A stretch of 63,865 nucleotides of DNA, counting the filler, from Asterionella formosa (taxonomy: Eukaryota), in the NCBI GenBank assembly GCA_002256025.1. It is 16 parts of 16 records of this genome, joined end to end, with 100 filler letters (N's around TTAATTAATTAA, not from the genome) between each part and the next. Parts side by side here need not be neighbours in the genome. Positions count along the whole stretch, not along the records: positions 1 to 21,896 come from NKIB01002927.1; 15 more parts are not named here. One strand, written 5' to 3'. The translations under genes and the position numbers were made by a program. Shown here one piece after another: positions 1-11,288 of this stretch (its first letter is position 1; the number at the start of each line of letters is the position of its first letter). The notes under the pieces are model-generated. The model saw only the letters and a list, made by a program, of their open reading frames with translations. It was not told the DNA's origin and made no database searches.

Positions 1-159
1 GAAAAATTATCAAGAGGTTGCTACATGGACACGAAGGCGATATGATCTATGATAGGTGCAGGTTGTTGAGGGGAGCCTTGTCATTAACAAAGGTGAGCTA
101 CAATATTATGACTTCACCGGTATGTTTTTATGGCTGTCGTTCGATTTTCGCAACACTTG

Positions 160-395
160 GTACCCGGTAGCAGGGTACCGGTACCCTGGTACATCATTCC
201 CACGGGTCTCACACATATTACCTGGTACCGGTACGGTACCTGGTGGACCAGCTATTTGGAACGGAGTACCGGTAACTGGTACCAGGTACCCTGATACCTA
301 CCTGTAGAACCAGCAGTATACCGGTACTGGTACTTACTATGTATTGCCCGAACAATATATACCGGTACCTGGTACCAGCACCTGATACCGCTACA
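160..395. repeat. GGTACC / TACC(W)GGTA-rich palindromic low-complexity cluster
   Basis: Dense TACCGGTA, TACCTGGTA, TACCAGGTA and GGTACC motifs. Similar clusters occur near 7185-7260, 42610-42655, 50855-51014 and 58390-58500. Confidence 0.8.
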
Positions 396-519
396 TATGT
401 GCAGATGACGACAAATGATTCACAGGATCAAACAACCAAGCGGTTTGTTCAAGCGTCCTCTTTTCTTGATAGTACAATTTTTGGGGAGACAAAACTCCCC
501 ATTTTTCTGCCCTGATTAA

Positions 520-1705
520 GTTGCTGCCTCTCCATCTTCCCCTGCACCAGTTGCGTCAGCTCCAGCTCCAGTTGCTCCTCTCCAACTGCCACTGCCCCAG
601 TTGCTGATGCTCCTGTCGCTGGACTTCCATCTGTCACTTCTCCGATGGCATCAGCTCCTGTTATTGCATCTCCAACTGCCACTGCTCCTGTTGCTGTTGC
701 TCCAATGGCCTCTGCACCTGTTGCTGCTCCTCCAGTTAATACTGACTCTGGCGACTTCTGCTAGTTAGACTCCTCTGATCGCGGTGCTGGCACAATTCCA
801 GATACATGTGCATTTGATCGTGAAAAAAATTGGTTACTGTGCTATAGCATGTGTCCCCAGGGTGCTGCGCGCTTTGGCGTTGATTGCCAGTCAGTTTGCC
901 CCCCAAACATGAGGGATGATGGTCTAGAATACGGTCGTGGTGAAGGATATCCTTGGCAATTTGGAGATGGGTTCAATCTTGACAATGCACGTGGGCGCTG
1001 TGAAGGGGACAATGGTGGCCCTGACACGTGCGAAAAAAATGGAGAAATTTACTACCCCAAATGTGCATCAGGTTTCTCCGCTTTTGGGTGCTGCATCTGT
1101 CGTCCCAACCCTCCTGATTGTGGAGCACTTGGCCTTGGTGGCCAATTCGATCTTTCCTGTGCCAAGAATATTATCGTAGGTGACCCAACTCCGATGCAGT
1201 GTGGCAGTAACTTACAAATGGATGCTGGTTTGTGCTACTCAACTTTCTCATCTGGCTCTAGAGGAGTTGGTCCTGTTTGCTGGAGCTCGCCTCCCTCCGG
1301 TTGTGTTTCATGTGGCTTGGGCGCAGCCAAAAATAGCAAGCAGTACCTGTAGCAGTATTGACTTGGGTCAGGTAAACGCTGTTGTTCAACTTGCCTTCAC
1401 CATTGGTACACTGGGTGCAGGGGCAGGTGCAAGTGCTGTCAACACAGGAGGCAAAATTGAGGAGCCCCCTTTCAAAGTGGAAAGAAATCAAAGAGCTCCC
1501 AGAGGTACAAATGGCAATACAGACTGCTGAAGATGCATTATTTGTGAAGAAATTGGTGGACTTTCTCAATGGTGATTTGGAGCCAAACTCACGAGAAGAA
1601 GCAGTGCATTTGGCAGCTGAAGTAGCGTCCTTCTTTGATGCAAGTGGCATTTCCTGTACTGTTGCAGCCTTCACATATGCACGATGCAGCACAATTGTGC
1701 CATAA
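520..1705 (+). pseudogene. Cys-rich, probably secreted protein with a Pro/Ala-rich stalk; disrupted
   Basis: An APVA-rich stretch leads into DFC*LDS (in-frame TAG at 762-764). It continues as CYSMCPQG...YGRGEGYPWQFGDG...YYPKC...GLCYS...GVGPVCW. Frameshifts near 1340 and 1465 link ORFs 849-1352, 1180-1530 and 1382-1705. Confidence 0.65.
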
Positions 1706-2160
1706 GAACAACACACTTGCTGGGCTTCCTGTCTCTATAAACAAACTAAATGCAGGTAAGAGTCAAAGAGTTCAAGCCGACATCAAGGACATAATATTAG
1801 CATTGTAGGAGCGATGTACAAGAAAAATATTATTATGGACTGAAAACAGTGGTTTCACAATGGCACATTTTTTACGGCAAATTAAATTGTGCACAATTAC
1901 TTTAGCTCGCTTTTCAATGAGCTAATTCTTCATTATAGCTGCTTTTTGACGCAAAAGATATTTGAATAATGTGCCACAGTACAAAACCGGTAGATCATTA
2001 TAAACAACTACCAGTATTCCATCTAATAGGCATTTGCGTCAACCCAACTCAACGATCAACACACCACCTTCCACAATCGATTATTCATCCAACTTTCCAC
2101 TTCACGCACTCAAATCAGCCAATGGAAATACAACATATTCCATATCCTTCAAGTTTAGAA

Positions 2161-2306
2161 TAAATGTGTCCATGATGGTCTTGACTGCAAAATTTTGATC
2201 TGGTGACTAAGTGGATGATGTTCCGCTTCATTATGCTCTCAAATGTGGTGTGAGCGATCATGATGTCTTGCAGGCCATATTATCTCATCGAATCCAGCGG
2301 CATTGG
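2161..2306 (+). pseudogene. Inverted duplicated fragment of the ankyrin-kinase gene (copy of 15743-15880)
   Basis: The nucleotide sequence aligns to the reverse complement of 15743-15880. It encodes DDVPLHYALKCGVSD, which is identical in the 2347-aa protein. Confidence 0.9.
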
Positions 2307-2314
2307 CTGGAATG

Positions 2315-5300
2315 TCAATTTCCCCCTTGTGAGTCAGCACAATCGTCAACTGCAGGCCAAGGGGGGAGAATAGGGGGGATGGGACTCATCTCAGCAAGAT
2401 CCACAGCAGTTGTGATCTCTTCTGCTGGCGCCTGCTGGTGGAGGATCTCCCAAGCGGGTAAGTAGTGCTTGTTTTGTTTGTGGTGCCGGGAAATCTCCGT
2501 TGTGTCAAAACCATCGCACAAGGATCTTGATTTCAGGAACTGACAGCATATGCTCAGGCTTGTTGGCTACGTGTAGAGCCATAAATTTGTTCCATAGCTT
2601 CATAAATTCATGCTGCCTTTTGTTTACTCAGTAACCAGTTCCTCTGCCTTTCTCTTTCTCACCATTGCAGATGCAAGCACATTTGGTCCAAGAGCATGAA
2701 TGCCAGCAGATGCCAATAGGCCAGCAGAGATTCTTTTCTTGTGGGAGTCGAGATGGGGGGCTTGGGCAGTTTCCTTGCATTGACGGGCTTGGTCATCAAG
2801 GTCAATTCCATTTTGAGCATCTTCACAATTCCTGTATTCAACAACACGGTCAACTAGAGTGCCAGCAAATCCATGATCTGACTGATTTAATTCTTGGGGA
2901 GAAGTAGCATTTGCAGTGTTGTTTTTTTGGGTGCCATTTTGCAATGTTATCTTTGTAAGTTGGATTTCAGAGTGATGGAGAACATTATAGTTGAGTGGGC
3001 CCCATCCTTGGTTTGCAATTGCAATCCTGTTGGAGGTAACTTTACCAAATGATTCATCCCATGCAGTGCTTACTATTCCGACAATGTCAACTTTATTGAG
3101 TGAGAATTCCTGACGATGGTCCGCTTTCTTGGTGAGTAGTTCCCGCTTCGCTTTTGTATGAATGGCCATCTTGTAGCAACCGTTTTGTTCAGTGGAGTCA
3201 CCGACTTGCCAGTAGGAGGTCCCGTATGGAACACCAATGCAGACACTCCAATTGTGCGCAGGATTATTGATGTATTCAAGAAAGAGCAAGAAGTCAAAAC
3301 TGTTTCCATGACCATCAAGAATTAAGAAAGGTGGTGGTGTCCCATGCAAAAATTCCGGTTTTGTCCATGTGTGCAAGCATTCCAACAAGTAGCTTTGCTG
3401 TGATACTTCCATTTTCAGAGGCACAACAGTAAGTAAGTAAGTAAGTTGACTCCATCAACTGTGCACACTGGTCCTTGCGGGTACCTTTTGTTCTGTCCAC
3501 TGTTCACTAACAAGTTGTTTTCATCTCCCACCCACTCTGCAAATGCATCAAGACCAAGTACCCATTCATCTTCGAGAGTCTTAGCAGCAAAAATATGGCA
3601 CACATAATTGGATTCCCATTTGCAGCTGTACACCCAAGAACGGTAAAGTGTGCATCTTTATGTGCCGATCTTTGCTGTGGTCGCTCACCCTTTCCACAGA
3701 GAAATAACTCTCCCCCCACATTGCCATCTTTAGTTTGAGATGTGTTTGATCCCAAAAAGCAGCCGGTCAGGACAAATCAAATTATACTTTGTCTGGAGTC
3801 CCAATGCATCCTTTTCCTCAAGTACCACTACTCCTTCTTTATTCAACCATTCCTTATTTGGGAATTCAACAGCAATCTCTCCCACAACCATCTCCTTGTA
3901 CACTTGCTCATACATTGCTTCAAAATTATTGTAAGTGCACCAATTGGCTCTCTTGCTTTCAAATTTGACACCTCGTTTAGCGGTCACTAACTCTTTGTTC
4001 CTTTTCATGAACCCTCTCCAGTAACCCATTCCAAGTTTCGGAATTTTATTAGATTGGTATGGAGAAGAATGAGTTTGTCTCCATGAATTGACGCTGTCTC
4101 CTATTTTAGTTCCAGATATTAGGGAGTTGGCAAGTCAAAGACTATCACTGACAGATATAGGATTTCGCATTCAGGCAAGTTGATGAATCAATTTCGCCAT
4201 GTACAGTTCTATTGCAAGCATTCTTGGGCTTACCCTGCCTTCCATGTCGGTGCCCCATTTCTTGTGAGACTCTGTTGACAATTGTGCTTCTATTCATGAA
4301 AGTTTCTTCTGGCAGCCCATTCCTTGCCTTTTCTTCTGTTATGATCATCGCAAGTGTTCCATTTTTTACTCGCCTATTGGCATCTTTGAAATTTTCTTGA
4401 GCAACAGCATACAAATCACATATTTCCCTCACGGTAATTTCATGTTGTTGCCCAACATCTTCTTCAGCAGCTGCAGTGGCTCCCTTTGGTCTTCCTCCGG
4501 TTATTGTGCTGGTTCTTTGTTGACTAACACTGCCTTCTGCATCTGGTGCTGTTCTCATCTCGCCCTCACCACAATTCTCACAGGTATTTTTAATATTGTG
4601 TGTGTCATTCTGCTCTGCGCTTGTCAGCTCATTAATGGCTATCAAATGATATCTCACCACCACTCTCCTCTTTGTTCTGCTGTGTTTGAAAAAAATAAAA
4701 TAAATCAATTGCTGGGGTGGTTGCTGGTGCAACTGGTGAGGAAACATAATTGGTAGTGATGGCAGGGGCAAGATTCCCAGGAGCATTAAAGTTGCTGGTT
4801 GACATTGTGGAAAAGGAAGCAAAAGTCAGAGTGGATGAGGCGGCATTACCCATAGCAGCTGAGAACGTGCTGGTCGATGTAGTAGTACTACTAGAGTAAA
4901 TCTCTTTAAATAATTTCTTGTTCTTCTTCATCTGGCTGGTACATGACATGGTTAATTGATAGCCATGGGAGCAATCTTTTCCTAGCTTCCACCACTTTAG
5001 AAATAGTGCCATATGGCATTTTACCTCCGTTGTTAACCTTGATAGCTTCTAACTCTCGAATTACATTGTTGAGGTTTAGCTGCTCAATTTCCATTTCATG
5101 AGGAGTTAGCATTCCTTGGTCTGCCAACATGATTACTATAGTGTCTCAATGATGACTCCGCAAATAATTGTATATTGCTTGTGAGACTTACAAGTTGGAT
5201 TTGTAGGCTTGTTTTTATGTCATGCATACCAGCCGCAGTGCTAGTTTACTAGTAGTCTATCATGCCAGTACCAGGTACCACTAGGTATAATATTTATTTA

Positions 5301-5530
5301 TTGGCGCACCAGCACTTAAACAACTCTAAATAAACGAGTTATTATGGCGCACAACTTAATTGCAATGGCGCAAACATGCCATAGTGTAATGATGCGGAAA
5401 AGTCTTGAAACAAGCTAATTATTTATATAGCTTCAGCTTCTCCTATGTGTTGAAAACGTCATGCAGGCTCAACGAAGTAAAACTGATTTGGACCAAAAAC
5501 CGTCGACAGCCAATTTTGGGCCACTATAAC
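2315..5530 (-). mobile_element. Degenerate pogo-like (DDE-1 family, Tc1/mariner superfamily) DNA transposon
   Basis: Frameshifted ORF pieces from 5130 to 2315 carry GYWRGFMKRN, HFTVLGCTAANG, PPFLILDGHG and VPYGTSYWQVGDSTEQNG, which are pogo/CENP-B-type DDE motifs. Boundaries are approximate. Confidence 0.8.
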
Positions 5531-5897
5531 TAAAGAACTGGTACGAGATTGCAGTGTTCAAGTACGAACAATGCTGTTCCTTATATGCACAGGAAGAACT
5601 TTGTCTAATACGATTTATAATATTACAAATATTCGTCTCAAAACGTGTGATTACCCCGTTTTGTTATGACTATCAGTACAAAACTGAAAGTTTGTATGAC
5701 TCTCAGTTTTTAGGTGGTAGTATTGAAACTACATTCAGCAATGCAGATTCAATAAAAAAGTATAAATGACATCGTTTCTTTTGTTTGAGAAGAACCCTGC
5801 GGACGTTACCAGCAGGTACGTACACACTGTTGGCGAAATATCATAGGTGTGCATGTCACACTTGTCACACGCCCTTTTTCCTTGCAAAGTCACTGAA

Positions 5898-6021
5898 AAA
5901 CCGCTTTGTCTTCTTCTCGGATGCCAGTGATTGCCACCATCTGCTTTGCCTCCTTGTCAAACCGCTTTGTCTTCTTCTCGGCTGTTAGTGGTTGCCGCCA
6001 TCTGCTTTGCCTCCTTGTCAA
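5898..6021. repeat. Tandem duplication of a ~61-bp unit
   Basis: AAACCGCTTTGTCTTCTTCTCGG...CCATCTGCTTTGCCTCCTTGTC occurs twice in tandem. Confidence 0.85.
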
Positions 6022-6403
6022 GTTCCATCCACACTCCATCACAGTAAAATTACATTTTTCCAGAAGGGTACTACCAACAAAACTATTACACTATTCCAAA
6101 AAGGCCGGGTATCAGCACCATCTAAAGAGAACCCAGCAGGCTTGGGTTTGGCAAGGGTTTTGGCACTATGGGTACAGGTTTTGGTACTACTACTTGTACA
6201 ATATTCTAAATACTTAATACTCCTTTGCAACATCTGACACTCAGCCATCATGCCATCCTAGTACTCCGAACGAATTCAGGATTCAAGCTTTGCTTGATGT
6301 CTATCAAGGAAATCATGCCCCTGTCATGGCAAAATTTTCTCTCCAAACCCAAACCTCTGTCAACAAAAAATACAATTTTTGCACAAAAGTGTCAGGAAAT
6401 GCA

Positions 6404-6529
6404 CAAACCGTCAGTCAGAGGACCGAATTAGTGTTTACATTTTAGTAGCGAAATATTAAGTCACTGCAAGGACAAGCAGCATATTGTTCGATGTCTATAT
6501 GTATGTATAGATGTAAAATGACCTAATCA
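6404..6529 (+). repeat. Dispersed repeat, probably a TE end; inverted relative at ~45143-45293
   Basis: The blocks TCAGTCAG, AAGGACAAGCAG, ATGTCTATATGTA and AAAATGACCTAATC occur in the same order on the opposite strand at 45143-45293. Confidence 0.6.
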
Positions 6530-7671
6530 AGCAAGATTCCATAGGAATATGCCACATGACATGAAGTACCACCTGGTGCATACATGAAAGTCAGTACAAA
6601 AAAGGGGTTCAAGTATTTCTTGCATTTTGAGCTGTTGCACTCCTTCCAAGATTTCTATTGCTCACGTTTTCTCATCTATTTTTACAGAAAATAGAAATTA
6701 TTATATAATAGAAGTTATCAAGCTAGTCACCACGGAACAAACGACGAACAAAAACAACTTCTAGTGGCGCTTTCCACTTTTTGTTGTCAATATTGGTGCA
6801 AAATTTTTATTATTGAAGGACGATAATCTCGTCTATGATAGTCTACATATACTAGCGAAATAGGAACTGTTCATCGTGAATATTGGTGGAGATATTGAGT
6901 CCAATAATTTCGTCATGGTCAAGATGGAGTTGCTGTCGTCACATCATCCCCATACTAGCTACATGCAGCTGTACAAACACACATGCAAGTACTGATAGTT
7001 CCCAATAGTATATATGGATGTAAGAAATTTAAATACCGGTGCTGGTGTTAACTATCTACCAGTAGTAGGCATATGTACAACAAAATAAAACCGGTACAGT
7101 AATAGAAATGCACACTGGTAGTATGCTGGTTGTCCGGATTGTTCTAGTTGCGTAAAGGACAAGCAGTCTAAACATATATTCCTGGGCAGGTACCCATCCG
7201 CACAAAACTGGTACCTCTATCATATTATGAGGAATGGTACCTGGTACTGGTACCAGTAACGAACTGCTACGACCTACTGAGTTCTCCTATTCGTTTGAAT
7301 AGTTTGACTAAACCTATTCCATGCCTTGCAAGAATCAAACTTCCAGGTCTTGTCAACCAAAGGAGTCAGCAGGCTGTGGATCTGTCAATGTTCTCATTGA
7401 AGGTCGAGGTACTGAGATACAAACCCTTTTATGTGGACAAAATTTGCCGGTAATGGGTCACAGCAGTACCGGTACTTAAATTTATATCTTGTGGTTCTAC
7501 TTGGCGCACCAGTTTATAATTCCCAAGTTACTTAGCTAGGCACTATCAAGTGACAGGGATAAGGATATAACAGGAATCATATACCAAATAAATTGAAGGC
7601 TAGTATATTTTTTTATTGAGCTGCATATATCATATAACAATGAATTCTCAAACATGGGGTAATCCATGTTC

Positions 7672-9737
7672 TGGCAATTCCCGCTCCAGCTATTGTCTTG
7701 CCATTCGGGTAATTCTAAGTAATTTTTAGGCTCTAAGTAATTTCTTAAGTAATTTTTATTTAAGGGCAATATGGGGCACATCGAATTTTTTGGCATTAAA
7801 ATTGCCGATTTTTGCATGACAGCCAGAATAACGGTATTATGCATAGGATGGTAGTACAACAAGCAGAAAACACATGAGAATGATTGCAACAACATGCAAC
7901 ATCAATGAAAATTGAACATGATGTTTGGAGCAACCAAAGTATGAAATGCGATGTAATAAGTTGCATCAAGTGAGAAATAGAAAAAATTGTTTTGGGCTAG
8001 AAAATAAGTGAAGAATTGGAGTTTCAATGGAGACATATGCATTGCGAATCATTGTACTGTACTTACACTGGCAACATTGACTTTCCATCACCACACAATC
8101 AAAGACCGAAAGAAGAAAGAAAAAAGCTGAACCCAATTTAGACCTGCATAGTTATGTAGCGTAAATGGTCTGGTTGCTGCAACCATGCACATCGCTGTAG
8201 TAGCCTGACACCATAGCAGTATTTCCACCACAGTCATTCCTCCGCCCAGCACCAAACAAGCAACCCTGATCATTCTATTCTGAGCAAGCGTGATCGTCAT
8301 GCTGCTCCAGCACTATTGACTGTCTCTAGCTGAGTATTTATGTAGCTTGTGATATGAACTCGTAGTAGAAATGTAGCAAAGTGCGTTAGAACAAGAAAAG
8401 CATTGCTTGGCGGCAATATTGACATCATGGTAAACGACTATACAAATCAACAAATACAATCAACAACAAAACATTGTCAAAGAGTAGTCATCGGGAAAAA
8501 CACTGGTTCTTATATAGATATATACTATCGAAACTAAACGACAGGGTGGAACGACAAACAACGATGGAAGAGATCAAAATGGACCATGGAAGCAATCAAA
8601 TCGGAACTTCGACAATTAGTATCTACGATCACATTCAGTGTTTCACTGTTGTACTCACCGATCTGCTCTAACAAGCGTAACACACAGCAGACAATGGGCT
8701 CATGAGAAAGTCGAAAGTTCCTGTTGCAAGCCCGAATTGAGCAACGGCAGGATAGAGTTAAAATTATAATTGTTAGGACGAAATCGGGCATACGGTAGTA
8801 CGTAAAATCAATCAAAATGTTTAACATTCTGGTCTCGTAAAAACAATACCGTGTCTACAGAGATCATATTATAAAGTGTTCAAAGTAAGCGTTAAAGTTT
8901 AGGTTAAACCATGCATGGTTGTTTTTAGTACCACGTACGTATGTAGACTAGGTGACTACCGGTCGAGTATCCAGCATCATCAGATGCATGACCAGAGCAA
9001 AAACTTGCCGCCAACATCAGATGTATCGATATCATCAATCGTCTGACGAAATATGGATGATGCGACTACATGAATCCCTCGAGAAGACAAGCAATACAAC
9101 AACCAACCGCATCCGTTAGACAATGATTCGCAACTGGCATCATCAGTGAACTGATTTCGCTTCAAACCGGTCATGATGGACGACAATCGGCATGGTGAAA
9201 GGTGAATTTCCGGAGTCCACTTTTCAGGAGACGAACAAAAACGAGGTGAATTCTAGATATAAAATATTAAAATCTGTAGAGTATATAAAATTGTTTCCTT
9301 AAGTAGACCCCTTGCCGATTTCGGCAATCCCAGGGCTGGACAACCGAGGGGCAATTGCTACAAATTGTAATGCCAAAATGCGAAGATAGGAAATATGCAA
9401 AATATATTTTAATGATGGGCAATATCGGACCCATTGCAAATTTCGATGTGAAGATAGGAAATATTCGAAATATATTTTATATGATGGGCTATAGCGAGCT
9501 AAAATTGATATTTACACTCGATGAGTGGGCAATAGGTAAGCGAATGGCGTGACGATAGCTAGTTTGTGAATTGCCTCAGCAATACCCTTCTCGGTGGCTA
9601 CATGCCTTCTCTTACACATGTGTACTCAGCTGGGATGGCACTCGTAGGGTGACCTTCTCGCAGCACCAGGGGCACCACTCGAACACATGTATACTCGCAG
9701 GCATGAGACCACCTTGGGCGTATATTGCCTTCAGCAC
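7672..9737 (-). mobile_element. Non-autonomous relative (copy A) of the tyrosine-recombinase element family
   Basis: 7672-7945 matches 29828-30133, and 9060-9737 matches 33340-34080. The middle is unrelated and shows no recombinase motifs. Confidence 0.7.
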
Positions 9738-11288
9738 TATTTTCGTCAATTGCACTTTTCAAGAACCAACATTTTAGGAGAAACCAATTGCTATAAACTT
9801 AAATGTGATGGCATTCGCCTGAAAGTGTACATGCTCAGGGTTGGGGTCGAAGTTTTAAAATTATCAAATCTGCATTTGGCAGGGTCAAACCGTGCTTTTC
9901 TCCTGTTCAGTGGGTCACAGCAGCTCCAATTTTTTTAGGGGGTCACAGCGGTTTTTATTGGTACCAGGTACTGGTTCAACATATGGAGCATCATGCATTT
10001 TATATCTTTTCGCTTTGAACCAAACAGGATAATCTGTGTTCACCAACAAATATAAAATTACTTACAGGTCTGTTAAAAAATTTAGATACTGCATTGACTC
10101 ACTGAGACTGAATTTTCCGTTGAGATGAATATAAATAACTTCTGAACTAGATGCTCAATTTAACTAGATAGGAACAGGATGCTAACAGTGTACTGATGCC
10201 TTACAACATCAATACGCACAGTACTTCTGAACAAATTTCAGAGAGAGGCAAGATAAGTGTTAGTTGAATTAATCAAACAAATGAGATAAAACAGTAGGTC
10301 AATGCAGTTTTTTCCTCTACCAGTATCGTTCATTATTGATGATACACTACCAGTATGATATACCACCCAGTAATTAATGCATTTTTGTCGCCACTACCAT
10401 CATAATCAATTGTGTACTGTCATGTACAGCACCTTTTATTAGTAGGATTTGGATGTTGTTTGTAAACCGAGGCAGGATTCAGATGATGACAAAAAGTACC
10501 ATGCATTTTTGATAATATACTACCGGTTGTTGGATGAAGTGGGCAAAGGGGTGCCTTTTCCAATAGCTGCATTCCATTAAAGACAACTCTTTGATTTATT
10601 TCTGTAAAATGGTTGCACTAATTGCACAATGTTTTCATGTATTTGAAGGTCAACAGAACTGTGGAAAAGTGCCCATTTCCTTTCTCTCAATCACAGCAAT
10701 AGAATGATATTAATTTAGCTGTAAACAATGGGAAGAACTTTTAATTCTTTTTATCACCAAAATCAATAGCTCTTTTGGTCAAATCTAGTTTGAAGTACAA
10801 CATGGTGCATGTGAGTTCAAAAATCATTTTTGCTATAGACACGATCACTCAGAATGAAAAAATGTCATTTATGAATGCTCTGTGGTTTGCAAAATTTGCA
10901 TTTGCTCTAGATAGACATCACCTAGACTGAGAAAGTGATGAATTGAAGTTCCGCATTTTGAATGTCATGACAGCACTTGTGCAAATCATCATAATCCTCC
11001 TTTCCCTTTATCTTCCCCTATCATTTCATATTCAAAATTCTATACATACCTTATCATAAAGCTCCTCCCATATTCTTGCGCAGTCATCAAAAGGTGCAGA
11101 GCAGCCCTTATGATAGAATATATTTAGCAATACTCAACTTTGGTATTCTCTACTTTGGCCAAACAACAATGTGAAGTCCACTAGATTTCGTCTGGTGTAT
11201 CAACAATTGAATACATCCAATTACTTGGCAAGGTGATTTGTCATTTACAAGTCCATGAGTAAAAATTCCCAACGGAGTTTCTGATTGT

